Origin: Promethearchaeota archaeon
GTDB taxonomy: Archaea > Asgardarchaeota > Lokiarchaeia > Sigyniarchaeales > SOKP01
Assembly: GCA_048938895.1 (NCBI GenBank)
Contig: JBHLLU010000055.1
Span: forward strand, 1-25,432
Reading direction: 5' to 3'
DNA length: 25,432 bases
Position 1 is the first letter of the stretch. Every line of letters begins with the position of its first letter. This document shows, piece after piece, positions 8,032 to 17,037 of the stretch. The translations under genes and the position numbers were made by a program. The notes under the pieces are model-generated. The model did not search any database, was not told the origin of the DNA, and saw only the letters and a list, made by a program, of their open reading frames with translations.

Positions 8032-11000
8032 TTACTTGTTAGAATCTTTCTTTTTTTCTTTTTCAGCTAATCCTCTTTCCTCAAGAAGGGAATCCAGATC
8101 TGTAGTTGTCTTTGGTTTAGTAGGTTCCTTTTTCTTGGGTGCTTTTTTAGAAGGTTCTGGTTTTTTAAGTTCTGAGACCATTACGTAGCGCCCCTTTCTT
8201 GGTCTTCGTTCGACTTCTTCAATTGGCTCTTCTATTCTTTTTCGTACTCTACTTCCATAAAAAATTGCTAAGATCCAGATCAAAACAATGACTGTTATCA
8301 TAAAAAGCATGAAAAATTCGAGGAAATAATCTAAAATGGGTCTATCAAATACTTTAAAAGAACCATCCTTTGAAAGAGTTATGCTTTCACCTGTTATAAT
8401 ATTTTGTGCTGTAATAGTAAAGGAGATTTCTACTCTTTTTATATTAGGTATCTCTATTTCAATTAAAATATCTGTGCCTTGACCTGGTTCAAGCCAATCT
8501 AGCAAAATATAATCAATTCCTACCACAGAGTAGGATAAATCACCTTCAAGACTTATGGTAAAATTACTAGAAAATCTTAGATTTGATTCACCAAAATTAA
8601 ATATTCTTATTTTTATCGTCGCAGTTTTGCCTCTATAGATGGTATTGTCGATTGAATTAATAGATATTGAGAAATTATTGACTTCTTGAATGAAATTTAT
8701 GGTAATATTCTTAGAGACTCCATTTACTATATCTCCATCCCACCTTAATTGTATAGTAAGATTTTTCTCGAAATTAATACCAGCTGTATTTATTAAAAAT
8801 GATACAGAACCGTTTAAATCCGTTATCTCTGAACCAATATTTATCCAAGATGTTGAGTTATAATAATTGCAAGTAACATTTTTGCCTGATAGTTCTTCTC
8901 CAAATTCAGTTGTTAAGTCTGAGCTTACATTAATAATTTCACCAGTTCTTGGAAATTCAGGATTTATAACTATATTTGTAAAAATACTGTTAAGTTTTAA
9001 TGTAAATTCCGCATCAAATTGTTTATAACTACTTACATAATTTTTATCAATTATATTAACCAAAAAGGAAGTATTCTCGGGGAAATAAAGACATTGATCT
9101 CTTTCAAATTCGTATAAAATGCTTCTACTAGGATTTTCTTCCGTTACTACAATTCCAAGTATATACCCATCATAATCATCACTCTGTTCTTTACTTAATA
9201 ATGAGTAATCTGCACTTTCAAATACACCCACTTCATAATTTTGAATATATAGAGTAACTATTGTTTTTGCTCCACCAAGTCTAATTGGTCCGTTCACACC
9301 TTCCCATGTATCTAATACAATATCTCGATTTGGAATAGTAAGGTTTACGTCGAATTCATAAGTATCATCAGAAGTTCCCGCAAAATTAAGTTCAATTGAA
9401 GGTGAAGTAGATTCTGCTATAATCAAATCTTCATTAATAAAAGAAACTAACTTTACATTGACTGCAACATCAAGAGGGATAAATGGGTGTTTATTTCGAA
9501 TTGTGGTTTTGAAATTGACTATTTCATTGGGATTTAATATATCTTCGCTCTGTAAAAAAGAATCCATTTCAAGTGATAATTCCTGTCCTCCTAATTCATA
9601 GGAATATTCTTTGTTTAAATCAGAATTATTTATTGGATAAAAGTTTGGCATAGAAATACCTGTAGTATCATTTATAGATGCTATCAACATTGTGTAATTG
9701 TTATATACTTTTGTAATTAATTCACCAATAAGTGTATTTGAACCTAAAGATGGTAAATACGTACAATTATACAATTTCAGATCGAACGCATCAATATATA
9801 TTATTAATTTTTTACATCCTATAGCAGAGCCATTAAACCAAAAGAAACCTAAATTATATTTCCCAAATTCAGGTATGCTCTTTGTCACATCTAAGATAGT
9901 ATTATTGTTAAACTCATAAGATAATACAGAATTCTCAACTATTCCTGCTGAGGATATCAATTCTCCACTAGGATATCTTGTTCCATTTGGATAAAAAAGG
10001 GTAGCATTTACGTCACCGCTTAATGGTGCTCTAGAATTATGATCTTGTATATCAACACTTATTGAAATATTATCTCCATACATAAAACCGTTTGTTTCTA
10101 TGAGTTCTCCGTAATAATTAATGTAGGAATGCATTTTATTAATGAAATTATAACTTGTTAAATTTAGAGTATAAACCCCGTTTAAATTGGTAAAAGTTTC
10201 GTTAATTACTAATTTTAAACGGCTTGGACTTCCTGCCACAGGGATTTCACCATCTAATCGCCACAGAAGTTCTTCATGATTAGGATTAGTCAAATTATGA
10301 GCTGACATGAAATTAGGGAATAGATACCAGAATTCAATGAAATTCCAATCATTAAAGTTTGGATTATTGTGATCAAAATTAAAATCATAAGCCCATTCGG
10401 GATTATTATTGTATGTTGCATTATAATATGCTGTAGCAACCTCCATCCAATATGCATTTACGGAATAAGAAACATTGAAGCTAAAATCTGATATTATGCT
10501 CTTATTCCAATATAATGGAATTTGAAATTGATTTAAGGCCGTGTCTTCAATTACTGTGGCGAACACGTTATTCCATCTTCCCAATCCCCATGTTAAATAT
10601 GAACTCTCGTTATATGGGTAAGAATCTATCACTAAATTACTAATTGCTATATCCTGAATTCTTAGTGTATTATTACCATCATATTTAAAATCAGAAGGCA
10701 TATATCCTCGAGTCACATTCAATTTAAAAGAACTAGCATCTAATTGGCTTGATATATAATCACTAAAGCCTGTAGTGTCTATCACTTTTTTTGCAAAATT
10801 CCAATTAAGACCAGTATTCACAGTAGTGAGTAATTGATGTTCTGTTCTACCTTCATCCCCAAAATCAAAATAAGGTATTGTAACTAGACTGTATACCTCG
10901 TTTGAATTTGTTGATTTTATTACGGCAAAATAATTTGATAAATTTAAGTTCTGAGTATTTACTGAATTGAATGAAAAATAGGATAGTTGATCGTTGGTAT

Positions 11001-12135
11001 AGCTTATTAATTTGGAATCTATCATCTCATTATAATCAGGTTCTAGTTTAATAGTTCTTAATTTAGTGCTTGTACGAATAATTGTATCTGTTGCCCGATA
11101 TAATGTAATATTAAGTTGAGATGTTGCTGCTTCAGTTAGATTAAGTGTTCTTATCCATGCATAGAATCCATGAACGTCTGATGACTTTCCTTTAAGGTCG
11201 AACTCTAATGCAACATATTTTTGATCAGTTATTGGAAGGTCAAAAGCATAGGTAGCTTGTAAGTCAAATTCATATAATCTTGCATAAAATTGACTGCTAT
11301 CTCCCCTTTCAAAAATGAATTGTATCTGAGCTATATCTGTGAGGTCAATATAATTTAGATTTTCATTTATTAGATGCTTTTTTAACTGTTGTATAGAGAG
11401 AGAACTATTAATTGGAATTGATGATATAAGTTCTTTCCATGTTGATTGTGCATAATCATATAATCTCACGGTTAAGTTCGCATCTAGAGTTAGTCTAAAT
11501 ACGAGGGAAGATATTAATGATAAAATTTCAGTACGGTCGAATATTACATTTCCGTTGATAACTCCTGATTTAGCATAAGTTGTACCAGTATAATCAGCAT
11601 TTATAGTAAAATTTAGAAGCCCTTGTGTAGCATTTAAACGTATATAGGTTGAATTAGATCCATCGTACAAATTACTAAATGTACCAGAGATTTTAGTTCC
11701 ATTCGTATAAGTAATTCCCGAAAGTCCTGTATTATAATCAAATGCTATAAAGTCTGCAGCATATAGGGCATCAGAATCTTCAAGAACATATTCAGTAGTG
11801 AAATTATTCTGAAATGTGAAATTAAAATCACCATATGAAAGATACATATCATCTGAAACAACTGAAGGTATTTCGAAAAAGTTGTGATTATCATTAAGAT
11901 TTTCAGATTTATTGTTCACATAAATTCTAACATCTTGATCATCCCCAATCCCTCGAATATAATCATTCACATTGAGATCAGAGGTATTTGGTAGTTCTTC
12001 CATTCCTTCATTATAAGATTCATCATTTTCGAATACCAATGAATTAGAAAAAAATTGTACATTGGTTATCAAAATAATTGAGATGAAACAAATGACTAGG
12101 ATAACTCTTCTCATTTCTTCTTTTTTTATAGCCAA
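8032..12135 (-). CDS. Large membrane-anchored cell-surface glycoprotein (1367 aa)
   Basis: N-terminal basic+hydrophobic segment (RRVILVICFISIILIT) and a beta-rich ectodomain with dozens of N-x-S/T sequons. Ig/CARDB-like units lie near the C-terminus (I.IRIFNFGE...LEPGQ...I.IEI). These are followed by a TM helix (FFMLFMITVIVLIWILAIFYG) and a ~70-aa K/E/P-rich tail. The start could be TTG 12135 or ATG 12114. Confidence 0.8.
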   Translation of the reverse strand: MAIKKEEMRRVILVICFISIILITNVQFFSNSLVFENDESYNEGMEELPNTSDLNVNDYIRGIGDDQDVRIYVNNKSENLNDNHNFFEIPSVVSDDMYLSYGDFNFTFQNNFTTEYVLEDSDALYAADFIAFDYNTGLSGITYTNGTKISGTFSNLYDGSNSTYIRLNATQGLLNFTINADYTGTTYAKSGVINGNVIFDRTEILSLISSLVFRLTLDANLTVRLYDYAQSTWKELISSIPINSSLSIQQLKKHLINENLNYIDLTDIAQIQFIFERGDSSQFYARLYEFDLQATYAFDLPITDQKYVALEFDLKGKSSDVHGFYAWIRTLNLTEAATSQLNITLYRATDTIIRTSTKLRTIKLEPDYNEMIDSKLISYTNDQLSYFSFNSVNTQNLNLSNYFAVIKSTNSNEVYSLVTIPYFDFGDEGRTEHQLLTTVNTGLNWNFAKKVIDTTGFSDYISSQLDASSFKLNVTRGYMPSDFKYDGNNTLRIQDIAISNLVIDSYPYNESSYLTWGLGRWNNVFATVIEDTALNQFQIPLYWNKSIISDFSFNVSYSVNAYWMEVATAYYNATYNNNPEWAYDFNFDHNNPNFNDWNFIEFWYLFPNFMSAHNLTNPNHEELLWRLDGEIPVAGSPSRLKLVINETFTNLNGVYTLNLTSYNFINKMHSYINYYGELIETNGFMYGDNISISVDIQDHNSRAPLSGDVNATLFYPNGTRYPSGELISSAGIVENSVLSYEFNNNTILDVTKSIPEFGKYNLGFFWFNGSAIGCKKLIIYIDAFDLKLYNCTYLPSLGSNTLIGELITKVYNNYTMLIASINDTTGISMPNFYPINNSDLNKEYSYELGGQELSLEMDSFLQSEDILNPNEIVNFKTTIRNKHPFIPLDVAVNVKLVSFINEDLIIAESTSPSIELNFAGTSDDTYEFDVNLTIPNRDIVLDTWEGVNGPIRLGGAKTIVTLYIQNYEVGVFESADYSLLSKEQSDDYDGYILGIVVTEENPSRSILYEFERDQCLYFPENTSFLVNIIDKNYVSSYKQFDAEFTLKLNSIFTNIVINPEFPRTGEIINVSSDLTTEFGEELSGKNVTCNYYNSTSWINIGSEITDLNGSVSFLINTAGINFEKNLTIQLRWDGDIVNGVSKNITINFIQEVNNFSISINSIDNTIYRGKTATIKIRIFNFGESNLRFSSNFTISLEGDLSYSVVGIDYILLDWLEPGQGTDILIEIEIPNIKRVEISFTITAQNIITGESITLSKDGSFKVFDRPILDYFLEFFMLFMITVIVLIWILAIFYGSRVRKRIEEPIEEVERRPRKGRYVMVSELKKPEPSKKAPKKKEPTKPKTTTDLDSLLEERGLAEKEKKKDSNK

Positions 12136-12271
12136 TTATCTAACCGTGAGACTTAATTTTAGTATATAAAATAATTTAAAAGTTAAAAGATTAAAATTTC
12201 CTAAATATTTTAATTTTATCAGTAAGATTTACATTATGACAAAATATTTTATAAGCCAAAAAGGAACTTAA

Positions 12272-13618
12272 ATGAATGAAGAATTAATACTTAATGAAAT
12301 TGAAAATAATAGCGAGGAATACATTGAATTTTTAAGAGATTTAATTCAAATAGAATCTTATAATCCTCCTGGTAATGAAAAAAATGTAGCATTAATTATA
12401 AAAAAATATTTAGAAGATACTAATATTGAATGTGAAATTCTTCCTTTTGGAGAAAACCGTGCTAACCTCTTTTCCTCTTTAAATAATAAATTTAACGGAA
12501 AAAATCTTTTGTATAATGGGCATATGGATGTAGTTCCACCCGGAAATGAGGAAGAATGGAAATTTCCTCCACTTTCCGCGTCTATTAAGAGGAAAAAGAT
12601 TTATGGTCGAGGTGCAACGGATATGAAAGGAGGTTTAGCAGCGATGGTTATTTCTTTAAAGATCTTAAAGAAACTAGGAATAAAATTGTCTGGAAATCTT
12701 ATATTAAATGCTGTTGCTGATGAGGAAACAGGTGGATCTTATGGGACTCAATGGCTCGTTGAAAATAAGCTAAATTCAATCAAAAGCAACTTTGTGGTAA
12801 TAGGAGAACCAACAGGATTAGGTCCATTACCTAAAGGCATCATTTTAGGAGAAAAGGGAAGAGTAGAACTTAAAATCGTTACTAATGGTATTTCATGCCA
12901 TGCCTCAGTTCCCTTTATGGGAAAAAACGCTATTTATATGATGAGTGAAATTATACAAAATTTGGAGAAACTGGAAGAATTTATGCCACGAGTCGATCCT
13001 CCTATGTCTGTAGGTGAATTAAAAGAACAAATGAAAGTAGCATTCCCTAATAATAAGATATTTGAAAAAATATTACAAGAACAAGCTCTTTTGCAGAATA
13101 TTATAACTGCTAATACTCAATTTGCAAAGAATTTAACTATGATTAATGGCGGCATAAAATCTAATGTAATCCCTGATTTTTGCGAAGCTATTATGGACTT
13201 TAGATTATTACCAGGACAAACCACTGAAGACGTCTTAAAATCAATGAAAAAATTGATAAATGATTTGGGATATGACGTAAAAACTGAGCCAACAAGTTCA
13301 CCTGAAGATGTTTTTGTCTATTTAGAAGTTCTAAAAAAAGGCGAAGGTTCCTATTGGGAAGAGTGGAGAGATTCACAAGATCTGAAGCTATTTGAAAGCA
13401 TTGTACAAGAAGTATATAAAAAGAATCCCATTTTATTCATCCTACCTGCCAGTTCTGATGCAGAACACTACCGAAATACAAATTATTGTCAACCAACAAT
13501 ATTGTTTGGTCCTGGAACTGCTGCTACAGCCCATGCAGTAGATGAATATATGGAAGTTCAAGATTTTATTGACTCAATAAAAGTCTTTACGTTATTTGCT
13601 GCCCATTTTTTAAAATAG
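12272..13618 (+). CDS. M20 family metallopeptidase/deacylase (ArgE/DapE-like)
   Basis: NGHMDVVP, YGRGATDMKGG, ADEETGG, IGEPT, GISCHAS, NVIPD, SSDA and AHAVDE motifs. Confidence 0.93.
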   Translation: MNEELILNEIENNSEEYIEFLRDLIQIESYNPPGNEKNVALIIKKYLEDTNIECEILPFGENRANLFSSLNNKFNGKNLLYNGHMDVVPPGNEEEWKFPPLSASIKRKKIYGRGATDMKGGLAAMVISLKILKKLGIKLSGNLILNAVADEETGGSYGTQWLVENKLNSIKSNFVVIGEPTGLGPLPKGIILGEKGRVELKIVTNGISCHASVPFMGKNAIYMMSEIIQNLEKLEEFMPRVDPPMSVGELKEQMKVAFPNNKIFEKILQEQALLQNIITANTQFAKNLTMINGGIKSNVIPDFCEAIMDFRLLPGQTTEDVLKSMKKLINDLGYDVKTEPTSSPEDVFVYLEVLKKGEGSYWEEWRDSQDLKLFESIVQEVYKKNPILFILPASSDAEHYRNTNYCQPTILFGPGTAATAHAVDEYMEVQDFIDSIKVFTLFAAHFLK

Positions 13619-13714
13619 AAATCTAAAGACTTAATTTTTTCATAAAAGAAATTTATAAGAATTTACTCTTATTATATATTTAATTTCTAATATTTTGAGC
13701 AATTCCTCTAAAAT

Positions 13715-14893
13715 TTGCCTGTAACAAAAATCGAAGACACAGTAATATTATTAGATTCCTCTCGATCCATGCTTAGAAAGGATTTCAAGCCTAGTAGATT
13801 AATTGTTGAGCTTCAGGCAGTGAGAAATTTTATCAAATCTAAATTAATATTCGATATGAAAGATAGAATTTCTATAATATCTTTTGGTGAAACTGAAAAA
13901 AGGTTAAGTGATTTTACCTATGATGCTGAAAGATTATATGCTTCAATGAAGAAAATTCAAATATCTGGTAACGGAATCCTACATGAGGCAATTTCATTTG
14001 CTCTTCAAGTGTTGGTTGCAGAAATGCGCAAACTTGGCGGGAAAACACCCCGTATCCTCATTATTACTGATAATAAATTGAGATTTGATCTCAATCGTTT
14101 GGAAAAAGTTATTTCCATAGCTAAAGGTTTGGCTGTATATATTGATATATGCCAGCTAGGTGGAGTACAAGAACATGGAAAATTATCACTTAAAAGGATT
14201 ACTCAATTAACGAGAGGAGAATATTCTTATTTCAATAATTCTAAAGAATTTTTGGAAGGAATAATAGGTTTTGCAGCAAAAAAACAAGTAAGAGAAACAT
14301 CTGATTACTTTGCACCTGAGAAAAAGGAAGATTTAGCACCTTTAATCAGCGAAATTGCCCTTCCACTAAGAAAACCTTCCGTGCTTGAAATAAAGCTGTT
14401 AATAAGCGGAGAAAGTAATCAAGAAAAATGCCATATATGTCATTCAGCTAAAGCACCTGTTACTGGAGCTGATTTTTACAGTGAAGGTAGATTCTGTCCT
14501 TCATGTGATAGAGCTATGCATTTATCATGTGCTGCAATGTGGGCAAAAAAAACGGAGGATAAAGAGAATATATTTCGGTGTCCATTCTGTTTCTTTCTGT
14601 TAGAATTACCAAGAGCCGCAATAAAGCTTCTTAAAGAAATAGATGAGGAATCTCAAGAAATAAAGATATTAGAAGAAGAAAAAGGTAAGATAACTAAAAT
14701 GAAATTGATTCCTGATGAAGACATTGATCAAATTGATGCTTCATGTTCTTATTGTCATAACATCTTTTTAGGGGATTATAAAGTGTATCAATGTGATAAT
14801 TGTAGTTCCTACTACCATCAACCTTGTTTAGAAAAGATGAAAAATGAAATTAAGGCTTGTAGGTACTGTGGAGCAATGATTGTTAAGGAGTAA
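13715..14893 (+). CDS. vWA-domain protein (Ssl1/p44- or Rpn10-like) with two C4HC3 RING/PHD-type zinc fingers
   Basis: MIDAS 'LLDSSRSMLRKDFKPSRL' and 'ILIITD'. Finger 1 is CHIC..CPSC.AMHLSCAAMW..CPFC; finger 2 is CSYC..CDNC.YYHQPC..CRYC. Confidence 0.85.
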   Translation: MPVTKIEDTVILLDSSRSMLRKDFKPSRLIVELQAVRNFIKSKLIFDMKDRISIISFGETEKRLSDFTYDAERLYASMKKIQISGNGILHEAISFALQVLVAEMRKLGGKTPRILIITDNKLRFDLNRLEKVISIAKGLAVYIDICQLGGVQEHGKLSLKRITQLTRGEYSYFNNSKEFLEGIIGFAAKKQVRETSDYFAPEKKEDLAPLISEIALPLRKPSVLEIKLLISGESNQEKCHICHSAKAPVTGADFYSEGRFCPSCDRAMHLSCAAMWAKKTEDKENIFRCPFCFFLLELPRAAIKLLKEIDEESQEIKILEEEKGKITKMKLIPDEDIDQIDASCSYCHNIFLGDYKVYQCDNCSSYYHQPCLEKMKNEIKACRYCGAMIVKE

Positions 14894-14979
14894 ACTCTTC
14901 TATTAAAGGGCATAAAATTCTCATTTTGTTATAAATATTTAAGCTAAGATTCCTTCTATATATAAACAAGAGTAAATAG

Positions 14980-17037
14980 GTGATTAATTTAGCGAATAAT
15001 CCAAAAGGAAAATGGGTTGTAACATCTGCTTGGCCCTATGTAAACGCAACCCCTCATTTGGGCAATTTAATCGGTAGTACACTATCAGCAGATGTTTTAG
15101 CACGTTTCTTGAGAATGAAGGGAGAGGAGGTGGTATTTGTTTCAGGATCTGATTCTCATGGAACGCCTATTTCTGTAGAAGCAAAAAAAAGAGGAGTACC
15201 TGCTGAGGAACTAGCCTTTAAATACCACAAAATTATTAAAGATTTACATGAGAAGTGGCAAATCTCTTTTGATAATTATACCATAACTCATAATCCAACC
15301 CATATTGAATTTGTCAAGAAAATGTATTTGGATATTCAAAAGAATGGGTATATTATTGAAAAAGAGAATGAATCTCTTTATTGCGAAAATGATAACTTAT
15401 TCTTACCAGATAGATTTGTAGAAGGAACTTGCCCTAACTGTAAATATGAAGGAGCACGAGGAGACCAATGCGATAAATGCCAAAGATTACTTACACCTTT
15501 AGAATTGGTACAACCACGATGTGCCATCTGTGGAAAATCGCCAGTAGTCAGAAAGACCAAGCATTGGTATTTTAATATTCCAAAGTTGCAAGATCGCTTG
15601 AAAAAGTTAATTGAAGAAAATGATATTATTCCTCCTAACGCTCGAAACATGTGTTTGAATAGTATTGAAGAAGGTATACCAGAACGTGCAATAACACGAG
15701 ATCTTGAATGGGGAATTCCCGCACCTTTCGAGGGAGCAGATAATAAAACGATTTATGTATGGTTTGAGGCTGTTTTGGGATATATTACCGCCGTAAAAGA
15801 ATGGGCAGAGAACATTATTAAGAAACCTGAAAAATTTACATCTTTTTGGAATGATCCCAACACTAAAACTGTTTATTTTATAGGAAAAGATAATATAATC
15901 TTTCATTTAATTATATTTCCAGGATTGATAATTGCTTATAATGAAGATAAAGGAGATAGTGAAAAATTAGTCCTCCCGTATAATGTCTCATCTACAGAAT
16001 GGCTACTTATGGGAACTGAAAAGTTATCTAAATCAAGGGGAGTTGGAATAGGGATTGATGAAGCTTTGGAGTTAGCTCCATTAGATTACTGGAGATTTTA
16101 TTTGCTTTTTAATCGTCCAGAAAAAAGTGATACTCCGTTTCTATGGTCTGAATTTGAAAACAATCTAAAAACTCTTAATGATAATATTGGAAATTTTATC
16201 CATCGAACATTAACTTTCATACAAAAGCAATTTAATGGTAAAATCCCTGCAAAATCCCATTATGATGAGATAGACATAAAATTCATTGAAAGATTAAAAA
16301 TTATAAGTCACGAAGTAGGAGAAAGTTTAATTAATTTTAAAATTAGAAAAGCAATCCGAGATATAGTAAGCTTTGCAAAAGAAGGAAATGTTTATTTAAA
16401 TGATAAAGCTCCTTGGCATTTAATCAAGAAGGATAAAACCGCTGCGGGGCATGTTTTTAACATTTGTACTCAAGCAGTTTATGCTTTAGCAATTTTACTC
16501 GGTCCTTTTATTCCAGGAACTTCAGAAAAAATCTTATCTTACCTCAATATGCCTAAGTTGACAGAACTAAGATGGGATAGCATTCATGAAGATTCGGTAA
16601 AAACAGGACAAACTATTAAGAAGCCTACACCTTTATTTCAAAAATTAGATATTGAAGAAATAAAAAATGAATATCAAAAACTAAAAGAAGGAAAACCAAA
16701 AGAAGGTGGTAAAGAAATGATTTCATATGATGATTTTCAAAAATTAGATATTAGAGTAGCCTTAGTTGAAAAAGTGGAAAAAGTTCCTAAAGCAGATAAA
16801 CTCTATAAATTATCAATTGACCTAGGAACAGAGAAAAGAACCATTGTGGCGGGATTAGCAGAATACTATAAAATAGATGAATTAAAAGGAAAGAAAATAA
16901 TTGTACTGACTAACTTAGAGCCACGGAAGCTACGAGGAATTACAAGTGAGGGAATGCTTTTAGCTGCGGATTTTGAAGATAATGTTTCCATTCTAGTTCC
17001 TGATAAAGATATTCCTCTTGGGGCTAATATTCGATAG
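14980..17037 (+). CDS. metG: Methionine--tRNA ligase with C-terminal OB-fold tRNA-binding/dimerisation domain
   Basis: TSAWPYVNATPHLGN (HIGH), GSDSHGTP, zinc knuckles (CEND/CPNC/CDKC/CAIC), YVWFEA, IGKDNIIFH and KLSKS. C-terminal 'DDFQKLDIRVA...NLEPRKLRGITSEGMLLAA'. Confidence 0.98.
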   Translation: MINLANNPKGKWVVTSAWPYVNATPHLGNLIGSTLSADVLARFLRMKGEEVVFVSGSDSHGTPISVEAKKRGVPAEELAFKYHKIIKDLHEKWQISFDNYTITHNPTHIEFVKKMYLDIQKNGYIIEKENESLYCENDNLFLPDRFVEGTCPNCKYEGARGDQCDKCQRLLTPLELVQPRCAICGKSPVVRKTKHWYFNIPKLQDRLKKLIEENDIIPPNARNMCLNSIEEGIPERAITRDLEWGIPAPFEGADNKTIYVWFEAVLGYITAVKEWAENIIKKPEKFTSFWNDPNTKTVYFIGKDNIIFHLIIFPGLIIAYNEDKGDSEKLVLPYNVSSTEWLLMGTEKLSKSRGVGIGIDEALELAPLDYWRFYLLFNRPEKSDTPFLWSEFENNLKTLNDNIGNFIHRTLTFIQKQFNGKIPAKSHYDEIDIKFIERLKIISHEVGESLINFKIRKAIRDIVSFAKEGNVYLNDKAPWHLIKKDKTAAGHVFNICTQAVYALAILLGPFIPGTSEKILSYLNMPKLTELRWDSIHEDSVKTGQTIKKPTPLFQKLDIEEIKNEYQKLKEGKPKEGGKEMISYDDFQKLDIRVALVEKVEKVPKADKLYKLSIDLGTEKRTIVAGLAEYYKIDELKGKKIIVLTNLEPRKLRGITSEGMLLAADFEDNVSILVPDKDIPLGANIR

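Noticed and set aside
16636-16752. Exact 18-bp direct repeat TTTCAAAAATTAGATATT (16636-16653, 16735-16752) in metG
   Set aside because: Both copies encode FQKLDI, matching normal MetRS motifs on each side of the linker with the commonest codons; not evidence of a mobile element.
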